This document shows positions 1 through 11,075 of a DNA stretch of 64,000 bases, one piece after another. The translations under genes were made by a program, and so were the position numbers. The notes beneath the pieces were generated by a model. The model worked only from the letters and a program-made list of their open reading frames with translations. It was not told the origin of the DNA and ran no database searches. The stretch is from NCBI GenBank assembly GCA_964016885.1, contig OZ024740.1, positions 186,806,001 through 186,870,000 of the forward strand, written 5' to 3'. Position 1 is the first letter of the stretch. Every line of letters begins with the position of its first letter. The stretch is from Eledone cirrhosa. Its lineage: Eukaryota.

Positions 1-501
1 CAGTGGAGTTTGGAAAAATCTAAAAAATGTATAAGCACAGGAGCGGGGATGATTATTCAAGACCTGTGAGTACAAAATTACTTCACTGCCTTATGAGACA
101 CCAGTTCCTGCATTCGGAGATGGAATATAGCATCAACCTCAGCACACATCTGTGTTTATCAAGCATGTACACTGTGTACATGATGTACTTACAAGTAACA
201 GAAGAGAATAAAAGAACTATGAGGAAAGTAGGCCCATGCAAATCGCCCACATAAACCATTCCCCACTTCTGCTTGGCTGGATTGTAGCTAAAAATGATTT
301 CTTCTATTGGTGTAGTTAATTAGGTTGACATTAGTATAAGACTGGAACTGATCATATATACTTGTGTATAGGTCAAATCTTACATAAAAATATGAGATGA
401 AAAATAAGGATGAGACATATTTACTGAGCTTACTTCAAAATAAATGGCACATTGTAAATGTTCTCTAAAACGGAGGTGTAAATTATACTCAAGTATATAT
501 A

Positions 502-846
502 TCATCATTTCATCATAATTTCATTTTACGTCCACTTTTTCCCTGCTTGCAAGGGTGGGACGGGAACTGATTCTGGCTTGATTTTTACAGCTGGATACCT
601 TCCTAACACCAACCTCATTTACAGTGAGTGCTGGGTGCTTTTGTACCATGTCACCTCCACAACCACTTTGCACTGGAATGATATGGACCCCAGTCCCTAT
701 CATCTCATTTCTACAGCTGAGTAAACTGGAGCAATGTGAAATAAAGTGTCTTGCTCAAGGAAACAACACATCACCCAGTCTGACAATTGAACTCACAACC
801 TTTCGATTGCAAGGCCAATGCTCTAACCACTAAGCCATGTGCCTCC
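502..846 (-). mobile_element. tRNA-derived SINE with CORE-like middle domain and RTE-type 3' tail (family A)
   Basis: Minus strand: A/B-box head (tggcttagtggttagagc...gagttcaatt), CORE-like ccttgagcaagacacttt...ctcagctgtagaaatg, then ggtgttaggaagg motif and tail cccacccttgcaagcagggaaaaag...acgtaaaatga; near-identical copies at 28.4, 46.1 and 47.6 kb. Confidence 0.85.
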
Positions 847-1003
847 ATATATATATGTGCATGTGTGTGTGTGTGTATATATATTTATATTGACACTTCA
901 TTCCTGCTCCTTATTATTATCATTATTAACACAGCTTCTTAAGGATAGCAAATGTGGAATGCCAAATGTGGAATACAGGATCAGAAATTGGATTTATATT
1001 GGC

Positions 1004-1175
1004 ATTGAGTGCTCAAACTGATGAACTAATAGTAACTAAATATTACACACTAATAGACTATATATATTATACATATATATATATATGTAACAATATATGT
1101 ATATATGTATAATATATATAGTCGATTAGTGTGTAAGATTTAGGTACTATTAGTTCATCAGTTTGAGCACTCAAT
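1004..1175. repeat. ~55-bp inverted repeat flanking a (TA)n tract; probable Penelope-type terminal repeat fragment containing CTGATGA
   Basis: attgagtgctcaaactgatgaactaatagt...gacta (1004-1060) is the reverse complement of 1119-1175. Confidence 0.65.
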
Positions 1176-1840
1176 ATGAGTTAGTAACTCTGTATTTTAT
1201 TTGTATATATATATATATATATATGAATATATATATATATATATATATACGCACACACACACACGCATACATAAGGTTATTTTATACATAGGTTTATTTA
1301 TGGACCCAGAATGAATTCACATTGGAATTGGATTTGAATAAAGAGAAGTTAGAAAACAAGGAGTAAAGTGATAATGTTGAAACTCTAGTTCCGTTTTCTA
1401 GCATTTCTAGCTTGAACAACTTCCTTCATTCTAACATATAAGCTTAAATGGTAAATGGAAGAAATTATAGTTTATCTGAGAAGAAAGTAGTTTTTATCGT
1501 TGTCATTTATACCAACTCATCCTGCTTGCAGCAAGTCTTGGTGTCTCTCCACAGGATGATATTTAATGTCTTATCTTAAAAGCAACATTTCATACTTCCA
1601 ATTCTCTGATGACATTTTAACACCTCAATGTTCTCAATCTGATATTTGGTATCAACAATGATACTGTATCGAATGTTTAAAAATGAAGTTTTTCAAATAA
1701 GTCCACAAAAGGATAAAACAGGAAACATTATATATCCATGGCAATTCAGTACACCTCAGACTTTAAATGAATATGGCCATCTTAAAATATTGGCACACTA
1801 AAACTAATATGTATTTCTCTCTCTCTCTATATATATATAT

Positions 1841-2957
1841 ATCATCATCATCATCATCATCAACGTTTAACGTCCGTGTTCCACGCTTGCATGGGTTTGG
1901 ACGGGGGTAGTCCCACTTGAGGCAAGAGTGATTGTCTTGCTCGCATAGGACTGTCTGGCAGGTTTTCTACAGTTGGATGCCCTTCCTAACACCAACCACA
2001 TTTACAGTGTGGGTCTGGGAGGTTTTTACCGTGTTGCCTACACGGCCACATTGCAGCGTGGACTGTGTGTTTTTTTGTCGTGACACCTACACAATCTCAT
2101 TTGTTTCGGCCTGGATGGCGCGGCACCAACATAACTTTACATAGAACGGGGTGGTGTGGATGGGGTGGGGGTGGTGGTGGTGGGACGGGGTGTATTTTGT
2201 TAGAGATGCCTACTGGCTGGAGTAGGTTTTACTATATATTTAGGTAAGGCGGGTCTTCTCTGTTACTGAGTACCGCCAAAGGTCTCGGTCCAGTGACATT
2301 GTCTTGGAGAGGTGTAAGTGTGTGATGTCGGAGTTTATCAGCTCGTCCCAGGTTTTTCTAGGTCTGCCTATTCCGTGACTACCGTCTATCTTTATTGCCC
2401 TGCACTTTGTTATACAGCTATCGACTTTCATGCGCATCACGTGTCCGTACCAACGTAGCCTTCTCTCGAGTAAACAACATCTGATCCCTCTTATCTCTAA
2501 TTTTTTCCTTAGTTCGTTTATGCTTTGCCGTTCACGTATATTACTGTTACACATCCAGCGGAGCATGCAAGCTTCGTTCCTCTCTAGTCTGCGTATATCC
2601 TCTGCACACAATGCCCAGGTCTCACTGCCATGCAGCATTGCTGTTCGTATGCAGGCATCGTACAACCTGCCTTTCATTTTTAGGGAGAACCCTTTAGCAG
2701 CTAATAGTGGTATAAGTTCTCTGAACTTTTTCCAACCAGTTCTGACTCTAGCTACAGTACTTTCAGAGCACCCTCCCCCACTGCTGATTTTATCGCCCAG
2801 GTAACGGAAGCTGTCCACTATTTCTATAGAACCCTCTGCGCAATTGAAAGAGCTAGTATTTGTGGGCACTTGCTGCTACTTATTGCACCAGAGCACCGGC
2901 CACATGTAAAATCTATGTTCTTAGTTAGCTTACCTGTGATCCCACTACATCTTTTAT
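1841..2957 (-). mobile_element. 5'-truncated RTE-clade LINE (family 1) inserted in (TA)n
   Basis: ORF 2240-2869 has the RTE C-terminal motifs FRYLG, MLHGSETW, RRLRWYGHV, GRPRKTW; (GAT)n tail; nearly identical to 26.9-28.0 kb. Confidence 0.93.
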
Positions 2958-3360
2958 ATATATATATATTTATCATCATAATCATCATCGTCGTCGGCTA
3001 ACGTCTATCTTCCATGCTAGCATGGGTTTATATACATATGTGTGTGTGTATCTTTTCCAATTTGAAAATGGAAATAACTATAATGTAAAAAATGTCATGA
3101 ACAAGCAGTTACTTAAAATGTTCTGTTATATTTTTGTTTCTTTATGAAGCATATGACATTTTCAATACATACTTTTATATAATATACAGGTAAAAGTTAT
3201 ACACAAAATTCTAATCTATAAATTCTTTAAAGCATACAATACTGATGATGACATAATGATAATAATAGTAATAATAATAATAATAACAATAATAATAATA
3301 ATAATAATTTCATTCTTAAGCCACGCAATGCTCACATTAAGGAACCACTGATGATAATAA

Positions 3361-6300
3361 CAATTTTAAAAAAACAACAAAAAGAAAACCCCGTGACCAA
3401 GAAACACCGGGATGGCGGCCGGCGGGGAATAGCCGTGTCTCTAGGGGAGAACGACCCCTCTAGTCTTGGTTGACACTCGTTCTAGAAGTGGTAACACGAA
3501 ATGATTACCCCTTGGCGGATAAGGATAAAACGCGACAAAATAAAGTAAATGTCTAATGATAAAATCTCATACCGGATCGGCCGTCACCCGGATAAAAAAG
3601 GGCCGCGTCCCCCAGAGAGGAACCAGACTGGGGTCGAAAAATCAGCTAATGGTTCAAACCTTCCCATCACTTCGGAGCTGGAGACCTCCCATAACCGGAA
3701 TACTCCTACTGTTGGCCCTCCATGCTCACCACCAAGAAATCCAAAGAAAAAGAGAGAAAAATGGTCAAGGGAAGATAATAAAGAAGTCCTTGAGGCTTTC
3801 TACACTCCCATGTACTACCCATCAAATACATCGAATACAGAACAGACATATATCAACTGGAAAAGGAAACATCCCGAAAACAGAGGCTATATTGACAGTA
3901 ACAAACTACCCAATATACGAAGAAATATTGTAAGAAAAAAGTTACTAACTGATATAGAAATTGATCAGATCAAGCTATTAGCACAAAGTCAGCGAAGGGA
4001 AAATGAAACATGTGTCAGTGAAAACGAGGTAAACTGTAACACTTCGAATCCCAGGGTTGGGGCGGAATCACTGGCAACAGAACAAATTAAAGAAAGGATC
4101 GAAAAAGTGGAGGGAGTGCATGCTCAGGATGAAACTCCAAATGAAAATAATGAGATCGTAAATGATAAAGAAATGAATGAGAATGAACTTGCCAACTTGA
4201 AGGATGAAATTATGATCGAATGGATGAAAATGAAAGAATCTGACATGGGGCAACGAGACACCCTCCCTAAGATCCAGAACTCCAAACAGAACCAAAAGAT
4301 AATACACAAGACTAACATAATTCTCAAAAACATTATCATCACAAACAAACTAAACATTACTGATTTAAATCATCTCTATTATGCATCGGCTAAAGTCACC
4401 ACTCACTTATGTGGAGTGAAGATGAAAAAACAAAGGAATTCCCACAAGAAATCTACTTGGCAAGAGAACATCAATCGCCAAATAAACCTTCTCCGATCTG
4501 ACATAGAAATTTTAACAAACTATAAAGTAGGTGAACATGTTAAACAAACTAAACTTAGAAAATTGAAAAAAAAGTACAGTATAAAATCAACATGTGACAT
4601 AGACATGCTGATAGAAATAATCAAGCAAAAAGTGTTGGCCAAAGCTGCTCGTATAAGGCGCTTTGAAAAACGAGCTAGATTCTATAAGAACAATAATATG
4701 TTCAAAAACAACCAAAGAAACTTCTACAGAAAAATTGGTAAGTCAACAATAACTGCTAAATCAATACCACCCAAGGAGGAAGTGCAAGAATTCTGGGAAA
4801 AGATCTGGGCCGAAGAAAAAGTTCATAACATACATGCCCCATGGATAGACAGACAAATGAAAGATACAGCTCACCTTGAGGAACAAACATGGGAAAATAT
4901 AACAGTTGAACAGTTGCGCTTGGCTCTAAGAAAAACCAGCAAATGGAAATCCCCAGGAAAAGACAAAATACAAAACTTTTGGATAAATGCCTTCACAGAG
5001 TCTCATGAGCTGTTAGCTCAACTTTACAATGAAATAGTTAAGGAGCCAGAAAAGATACCTTCATGGCTAGTTAACGGCATTACATTCCTGCTTCCGAAGA
5101 ATGATGAGACAAACAATCCCAAAAATTACAGACCGATAACTTGCTTGACCACAATGTATAAAATTTTAACATCAGTCCTAACTGAATACACATATGACCA
5201 CCTGATAACAAATGACCTATTTCCCATTGAGCAGAAAGGGTGTAAACGAGGCTCATATGGCTGTAAGGATCAGCTTCTGGTTAACAAAATGATACTGGAA
5301 GATTGTCATAATAGACACAAAAATCTATCGATTGCTTGGATAGATTATAAACAAGCATTTGATAGTTTGCCACACAGTTGGATTGAAAAATGTTTAGAGA
5401 TTTTCAAAGTATCCCCCGTTGTCAGGAGGTTTTTGTCATTCAGTATGAAGACATGGAAAACGACACTCCTTTTGAATAGTGAAACAAAATCACTGGAAGC
5501 TGGAGAAGTTAATATTAATTGTGGAATTTTTCAGGGTGACTCTTTATCACCGCTTTTATTCTGCATCGCACTTATACCATTAAGTAAAATGCTCAATGAA
5601 ACAAAACATGGATATAAAGTCTATGACAAAACCATTAATCACCTGTTCTACATGGATGACCTGAAACTATTTGCAAAAAATGATGAACAATTGCAAGGGC
5701 TATTATCCACTGTGAAGCAGTTCAGTGATGACATTAAAATGGAGTTTGGACTAGATAAATGCGCCAAAGCAACATTCACCAGAGGAAAGCTGCTGAAGAG
5801 TTCAGACATTAATCTTGATCGGGGGAACGGGATAAGGAAACTTGATCAAGAAAAAACTTACAAATATCTAGGTGTTTGTGAAGGAGACGGAATCAAGCAC
5901 TCGACAATGAGGGAAAGGATAAGGAAGGAATGTTACCGCAGAGTAAGAGCAATCTTAAGAACGGAATTGAATGCAAGGAATAGGATCGATGCCATAAACA
6001 CGCTTGCCATACCAGTAGTAACCTACAGTTACAATGTCATCAACTGGTCAAGCACAGAGATCCGTAGGCTCGATACAAAAATTCGAAAATTCTTAACCAT
6101 GCACAGAATGCATCACCCTAAGGCAGATATAGATAGAATATATCTCCCTAGGAAAGAAGGAGGACGTGGGTTAATCCAGTTAGACATTGCGTTGAAAACT
6201 GCAACAATTGGATTATCTACATATCTAAGGGAATCACATGATTGGATGATCAAACTCGTTTTGAAACACGAAAGCATCAAAAGATCATATTCCATTACAA

Positions 6301-7150
6301 AAGATGCACAAAGATACAGTAATGGACTACACATTTCAGAAGTCCCATTTACTGCTGAAATGGAAAACACAGAAAAAGCAAAGCAAGTAAAAGTAACTGC
6401 AAAGAAAGAACTGCTACAGAAACTGGCTAAGAAATGGCAAGAAAAGCCTCTGTATGGAAAATACCCAGAGCGAGCTAACAATCCTGATGTTGACAAAACT
6501 TTAACCCATCAGTGGTTGGCATCCTCTGGACTGAAATCGGAGACTGAAGGACTGATTATATCAGCACAAGATCAGTGTCTGCCAACAAAAAATTACCAAG
6601 CCAACATAATAAAAAATGGATGCAGCCCATTATGCTGTGTATGCAAAAAACAACCAGAGACCATTGACCATATAATTTCAATGTGCAGTCCTATAGCTCC
6701 AACCGAATACCTAAACAGGCATGACAGAGCTGCACAATACATACATTGGATAATGTGTAAGCATTTTGACCTGCCCCATCAAAAGAATTGGTGTGAGCAT
6801 CAACCACCTCCCATACTTGAAAAAGATCACATCTCAATCTTGTGGAACTTTAGCATCCAAACAGACCGAAAAATAGATGCAAACAGACCTGATATAATAT
6901 TGAAAGACTTTCAAAAGAGGGTATGCCTGCTAATTGATAAGTCTGTTCCAATAGACAAGAATGTATCTATAAAAACATTTGAAAAATTGAGAAAGTATAA
7001 GGACCTGGAGATAGAAATTGGAAAAATATGTATGTTCTTTCTTGAACATGGCGGACCTTGTTGTCTCTTGAGGTCACTGGTTGTGACTTGGTGATAACTC
7101 GTATGAACATAAAGCAAGATAAATGCAACTGTAATAATAATAATAATAAT
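3361..7150 (+). mobile_element. R4/Dong-clade non-LTR retrotransposon (RLE type), near full length, flanked by (TAA)n
   Basis: Single long ORF with RT, CCHC and RLE motifs; (TAA)n at 3254-3308 and 7131-7150; Dong-type elements are known to target TAA repeats. Confidence 0.88.
3549..7094 (+). CDS. 1181-aa reverse transcriptase / restriction-like endonuclease polyprotein, extreme C-terminus apparently deleted
   Basis: KSPGKD, NYRPITCL, WIDYKQAFDS, GIFQGDSLSPLLF, HLFYMDDLK, YKYLG, GGRGL; zinc knuckle C-x2-C...ETIDHIISMC; RHD; RPDII...LID; EKLRKYKDL. Confidence 0.92.
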   Translation: MSNDKISYRIGRHPDKKGPRPPERNQTGVEKSANGSNLPITSELETSHNRNTPTVGPPCSPPRNPKKKREKWSREDNKEVLEAFYTPMYYPSNTSNTEQTYINWKRKHPENRGYIDSNKLPNIRRNIVRKKLLTDIEIDQIKLLAQSQRRENETCVSENEVNCNTSNPRVGAESLATEQIKERIEKVEGVHAQDETPNENNEIVNDKEMNENELANLKDEIMIEWMKMKESDMGQRDTLPKIQNSKQNQKIIHKTNIILKNIIITNKLNITDLNHLYYASAKVTTHLCGVKMKKQRNSHKKSTWQENINRQINLLRSDIEILTNYKVGEHVKQTKLRKLKKKYSIKSTCDIDMLIEIIKQKVLAKAARIRRFEKRARFYKNNNMFKNNQRNFYRKIGKSTITAKSIPPKEEVQEFWEKIWAEEKVHNIHAPWIDRQMKDTAHLEEQTWENITVEQLRLALRKTSKWKSPGKDKIQNFWINAFTESHELLAQLYNEIVKEPEKIPSWLVNGITFLLPKNDETNNPKNYRPITCLTTMYKILTSVLTEYTYDHLITNDLFPIEQKGCKRGSYGCKDQLLVNKMILEDCHNRHKNLSIAWIDYKQAFDSLPHSWIEKCLEIFKVSPVVRRFLSFSMKTWKTTLLLNSETKSLEAGEVNINCGIFQGDSLSPLLFCIALIPLSKMLNETKHGYKVYDKTINHLFYMDDLKLFAKNDEQLQGLLSTVKQFSDDIKMEFGLDKCAKATFTRGKLLKSSDINLDRGNGIRKLDQEKTYKYLGVCEGDGIKHSTMRERIRKECYRRVRAILRTELNARNRIDAINTLAIPVVTYSYNVINWSSTEIRRLDTKIRKFLTMHRMHHPKADIDRIYLPRKEGGRGLIQLDIALKTATIGLSTYLRESHDWMIKLVLKHESIKRSYSITKDAQRYSNGLHISEVPFTAEMENTEKAKQVKVTAKKELLQKLAKKWQEKPLYGKYPERANNPDVDKTLTHQWLASSGLKSETEGLIISAQDQCLPTKNYQANIIKNGCSPLCCVCKKQPETIDHIISMCSPIAPTEYLNRHDRAAQYIHWIMCKHFDLPHQKNWCEHQPPPILEKDHISILWNFSIQTDRKIDANRPDIILKDFQKRVCLLIDKSVPIDKNVSIKTFEKLRKYKDLEIEIGKICMFFLEHGGPCCLLRSLVVTW

Positions 7151-7489
7151 GAATTCTTTATTGTCCACAAGGGCTGATATCAAGAAAAACATTAGATGGC
7201 ACAGGACGGTACAGGACGGTACAGGACAGTACAATGTGGGTTTTGTTTGTGTAAAGATTTTTATTATTTATATAAGAAAAGAAAAAGAAAAAGACATAGA
7301 AACATATATATATATATATAAACAATAAAAATGAAAATTGAAACAATGAAAAATTCCCCATTAGGGGAGAAACCCCCAAGGGTTACTCGTAACAAAAACC
7401 ACACAAAAGACCACGGCAACCCTGACCACCAGGGCAAGCGCCCTCTCTCAATTTTTCCATTTCTCAAACTAGAGGTGTATATTCACTCG

Positions 7490-7490
<1 letters not shown>
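7151..7490 (-). mobile_element. 3' UTR fragment of a Tx1/L1-like LINE with (ATT)n tail
   Basis: Homologous to 7764-8015 (caggacggta repeats, ccctggtggtca motif); ends cccttgtggacaataaagaattc(att)n on the minus strand. Confidence 0.7.
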
Positions 7491-7548
<58 letters not shown>

Positions 7549-7550
<2 letters not shown>

Positions 7551-7737
7551 TGTTTCTACTTTAGGCACAAGGCCAGCAATCACCCAGTGCATTACTGGTA
7601 CTTTATTTTATCGACCCCGTAAGGATGAAAGGCAAAGTCAACCTCGGCGGGATTTGAACTCAGATCGTAAAGGGACGTAACTATGCTGGAAAGCATGGCG
7701 TCCGACCCTCTACCGATACAGCCAATCCACCGCCCTT
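7549..7737 (-). mobile_element. tRNA-derived SINE family B (Meta/MESC-like central domain), (ATT)n tail, inserted in (TAA)n
   Basis: Minus strand: ggattggctgtatcggtagag head, gagttcaaatcc B box, gttgactttgcctttcatccttacggggtcgataaaataaagtaccag core; more than 10 copies in the window. The domain name is from memory. Confidence 0.82.
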
Positions 7738-7763
7738 ATAATAATAATAATAATAATAATAAT

Positions 7764-8640
7764 GCTTTCTTTATTAACCACAAGGGTTTACACAAAGTAG
7801 ACATTAAGGACAGTACAGGACAATACAGGACGGTATAAATGGGCATTTCAGCATGTAAAAAAAAAAAAAAACAGAGGATCTAATATTAGAACAATGAAAA
7901 ATTCCCCAATAGGGGAGAGACTTCCGAGGGCCATCATGGAGAAAGCCCATTAAAAAAAGCCACGGTGACCTTGACCACCAGGGCAATTGTCCTCTCCCAG
8001 TTTTCCACCTTCAATTTACAGGCATATACTCAGAGTAGGTCCACTCACTCGGGCCATTCTTGCCTCTCTCACCCATCTTTCATCAAAAAGCTGGGAAGAG
8101 AGCACCTCCCTCTCTACCCTGATTTTCCTTTTCAAATGAAATTGGAAAAAGTTAATCAGGGCATCACTGAAGAGGTAAGTGCTCGTCTTCAGCCCTTTCA
8201 GACGTGTCCACCATAGTATCTCTTTCGCCATGGCCACCAGACAGATATAAACTGCCTGCCCTTCCCGGCTAAAGGAAGAGGGTGGGGCAATCCTCACGAT
8301 CGACTCAGCTGATAGCTGGATCCGTTCTACATGCAACAGCAGGTGTTCGACATAAACCCACAAGTCAGCAATGCTCAGACACTGGACGAGTGCATGCAGG
8401 ACGGTTTCGTCACCCTGTGTGCATCTCGGACATGCCCGGCTGACGGCACTTCCATGCCTGTAGAGTTTATTCCGAACTGGCAAAGCTCCTCGGTAGCACT
8501 GCCGGGCCAGAGATTTCTGGAAGTTGTCCATAGGCCCCGGCCCGAAAGTTCTTCCACAGAGATTGGCTAGTTGATTTTTGTCGACGCCTAGAATTTCCCC
8601 AAGTACATCGTCGCTCTTCCCCTCCACTAATCCTCTATAG
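7764..8640 (-). mobile_element. 5'-truncated Tx1/L1-like LINE: C-terminal zinc-binding domain plus 3' UTR
   Basis: ORF 8016-8627 contains LPVRNKL...CPRCTQGDETVLHALVQC (zf-RVT-like CCHC) and AKEILWWTR; ends at (ATT)n. Confidence 0.8.
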
Positions 8641-9020
8641 AAGATTGTGCCTTATTGTAGATGTAGCCTGCCCATTTGATACAAGAGTGCAAGAAAAGGA
8701 GAGGAAGAAAATTAACCGATACCAGGATTTAAAGTGGGAGTTAAAAAGGATTTGGAACTGCCATGAAATCAAGGTTGTCCCGATTGTCATAAGCACAGTA
8801 GGTACTATCTCAAAGAGTTTCCAAGGATGTCTAAAGAAGATTAGTCCAGCCCTGCTTTTTGGAACATTTCAAAAGGCATGCTTGCTGGGAACAGCAAGAA
8901 CCCTCCAATACGTCCTCAATGTCTGCGGCTGCAGGTAGTTGCCTGATATTCATTTCAACAAAGCTTCCAGTTAAATAACATCAATGACTGAGACTCAAAG
9001 AACAATAATAATAATAATAA
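8641..9020 (+). mobile_element. 3' fragment of a second R4/Dong-type family (RLE domain plus 3' UTR, TAA tail)
   Basis: ORF 8645-8938: IVDVACPFD...KINRYQDLK...VVPIVI...QKACLLGTAR. Confidence 0.82.
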
Positions 9021-9209
9021 TTGTTTCTACTTTTGGCACAAGGCCAGCAATTACCCAGTACATTACTGGTACTTTATTTTATCGACCCCGTAAGGATGAA
9101 AGGCAAAGTTAACCACGGTGGGATTTGAACTCAGACCATAAAGGGCCATAACTCTTTGCTGCAAAGCATGGCGTCTGATCCTCTACCAATACTGCCAATC
9201 CACCACCCT

Positions 9210-9245
<36 letters not shown>

Positions 9246-9630
9246 TGTTTCTACTTTTGGCACAAGGCCAGCAATTACCCAGTACAGTACTGGTACTTTA
9301 TTTTATCGACCTCGTAAGGATGAAAGGCAAAGTTAATTCTCGGCGGGATTTGAACTCCTAATGGCAAGGGCCGTAACTCTATGTGTCAAAGCATGGTGTC
9401 CGACCCTCTACCGGATTTCTTATATAGGCACAAGGCCAGCAATTTTGGGGCGGGGAAAGTCGATTTGATCGACCCCAGTTCGTGACTGGTACTTTATTTT
9501 ATCAATCCAGTCAGGATGTAAGGCAAAGCTAACCTCAATGGGATTTCAAATCAGAACATAAAGGGATGTAACTCTATGCCATGAAGCATGTTGGCTGATG
9601 AACTAATGACTCTGCCAATCAACCAATTCT
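9021..9630 (-). mobile_element. Three tandem SINE family B copies
   Basis: ggcacaaggccagcaat...aaggatgaaaggcaaag...atttgaactc repeated at about 9021, 9246 and 9420; the first two are separated by (TAA)n. Confidence 0.82.
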
Positions 9631-9644
9631 TATCCAATAATAAC

Positions 9645-9853
9645 AATGATCAGGTATCGAACCGCTCCAGAAGTCATGACTACTCAGAACAACCCAAATA
9701 ATTAAAAAGGTTCTGGACTACCAGCTGGAGTGAAATAACAGGAATGATATGAAAATGTTGGAGTTATCCCAGGTTACTAGTTATATCCCAGTATTTCCTA
9801 AAATAACCAACCCAACACAACATCAAATTTAGTTGTGATAAATAGAAGTATAA
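9645..9853 (+). mobile_element. Degenerate 3' end of a third R4/Dong-type element
   Basis: Translates LQKS*LLRTTQIIKKVLD, matching the conserved LQKxxLLGTARIIRKVL terminus. Confidence 0.5.
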
Positions 9854-10095
9854 TTTCTTTGGTAGCCACACAGGGCTCACATTAAGGAAACATTAAAGAT
9901 GGTACAGGCCAATACACTGTGGGTTTTTCTTTTTGTAAAATAAAATTTATAACAGAGACTAAGAAAATAAACATTTGAAAGAAACATAACACATTTCCCA
10001 AGTTTATCTTGAACTGGCAAAGCTCCTTGGTAGTACTGCCAGGCCAGGGATTTCTGAAATTTATCCATGGGCCCTAAATTTTTTCCATGGGCCAT
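9853..10095 (-). mobile_element. Internally deleted Tx1-like 3' fragment
   Basis: GPMDKFQKSLAWQYYQGALPVQDKL matches GPMDNFQKSLARQCYRGALPVRNKL of the 8.0-8.6 kb element. Confidence 0.65.
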
Positions 10096-10294
10096 AAAAT
10101 GCACAAGGAAAAAATACAACAAATGTAGAACCGAAAATAAAATATTACTTTTACATTTTTTTATTTTCTGATAAAACATACTTTTTTGAAAATACTCTAC
10201 CAATTTACATAATTACTCTAAATGAATTAATTTTATTATTGGAAACTTTTTCCAGTGTCTATTGCAATGTTTTAAGGAAAGATGAAAATCACTA

Positions 10295-10512
10295 ATTGAA
10301 AAGAGCGATGGAGACGGATGTAGAAGAAAGTAGGGATGTAGAAGAAAGTGGAGACCAAAGATGATATAGCTAAACATTATTGAGGAGAAAATGGAAGCCA
10401 AGAAGTTGGCAGAGGAAGATACAGAGGATAGAAGAAAATGAAGAAATCTGTCATGCATCCCACAAGGCTAATTCCTGCTTTAGCAGGTAAAACAGCCTCA
10501 AAACATTTGTTG
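10295..10512 (+). mobile_element. Degenerate RTE-like 3' end
   Basis: Purine-rich tract with EEDTEDRRK*R-like translation and tail cctgctttagcaggtaaaacagcc. Confidence 0.4.
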
Positions 10513-10659
10513 TATAACAATAATTGAAGGAATACAATATCCTTAGTTTTCAAAGTGGAGCTGAAAAGAACATAGTTGATAAGAATAGTTGATAAGAATA
10601 GTGATGAAAATAATAAAAATTTCCCTCAGAGGGAAATATGAAAACTTATAGATTTATAA

Positions 10660-11075
10660 GGGTTTCTAATTTAGGCATATGGCATACAATTTGTGAGGAG
10701 AGGAAAGTTAATTATATTAACCCAGGAAGGATGAAAGGCAAAGTTGAGCTTGGTGGGTTTTGAACTCAGAATGCAATGTTACATGTAACTAAATATCTGA
10801 AAGCATTTTGACCAACGCTCTAGCAATTCTGTTGAACCACTACCTATCCTTATAGATTAATATTTTTTTCTGATTTAGGCACAATGCCAACAATTATGAA
10901 GGAGGGGAAAGTCGATTAACTTGACCCCAGTACGTTACTGGTACTTTATTTTATCGACCCTCCTTAAGGATGAAAAGCAAAACTAACATTGGCAGGATTT
11001 GAACTCAGAGCATAAAGGGATGTAACTATATGCCGAATAGTATGTCATCTGATGCTCTACCAATACTGCCAATAC
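10660..11075 (-). mobile_element. Two older SINE family B copies
   Basis: aaggatgaaa(g/a)gcaaa...tttgaactcaga at about 10727 and 10966. Confidence 0.7.

Noticed and set aside
2430-2804. Antisense ORFs over RTE and Dong copies (also 6113-6496, 26605-27546)
   Set aside because: Shadow frames of retroelement coding sequence with no recognisable motifs
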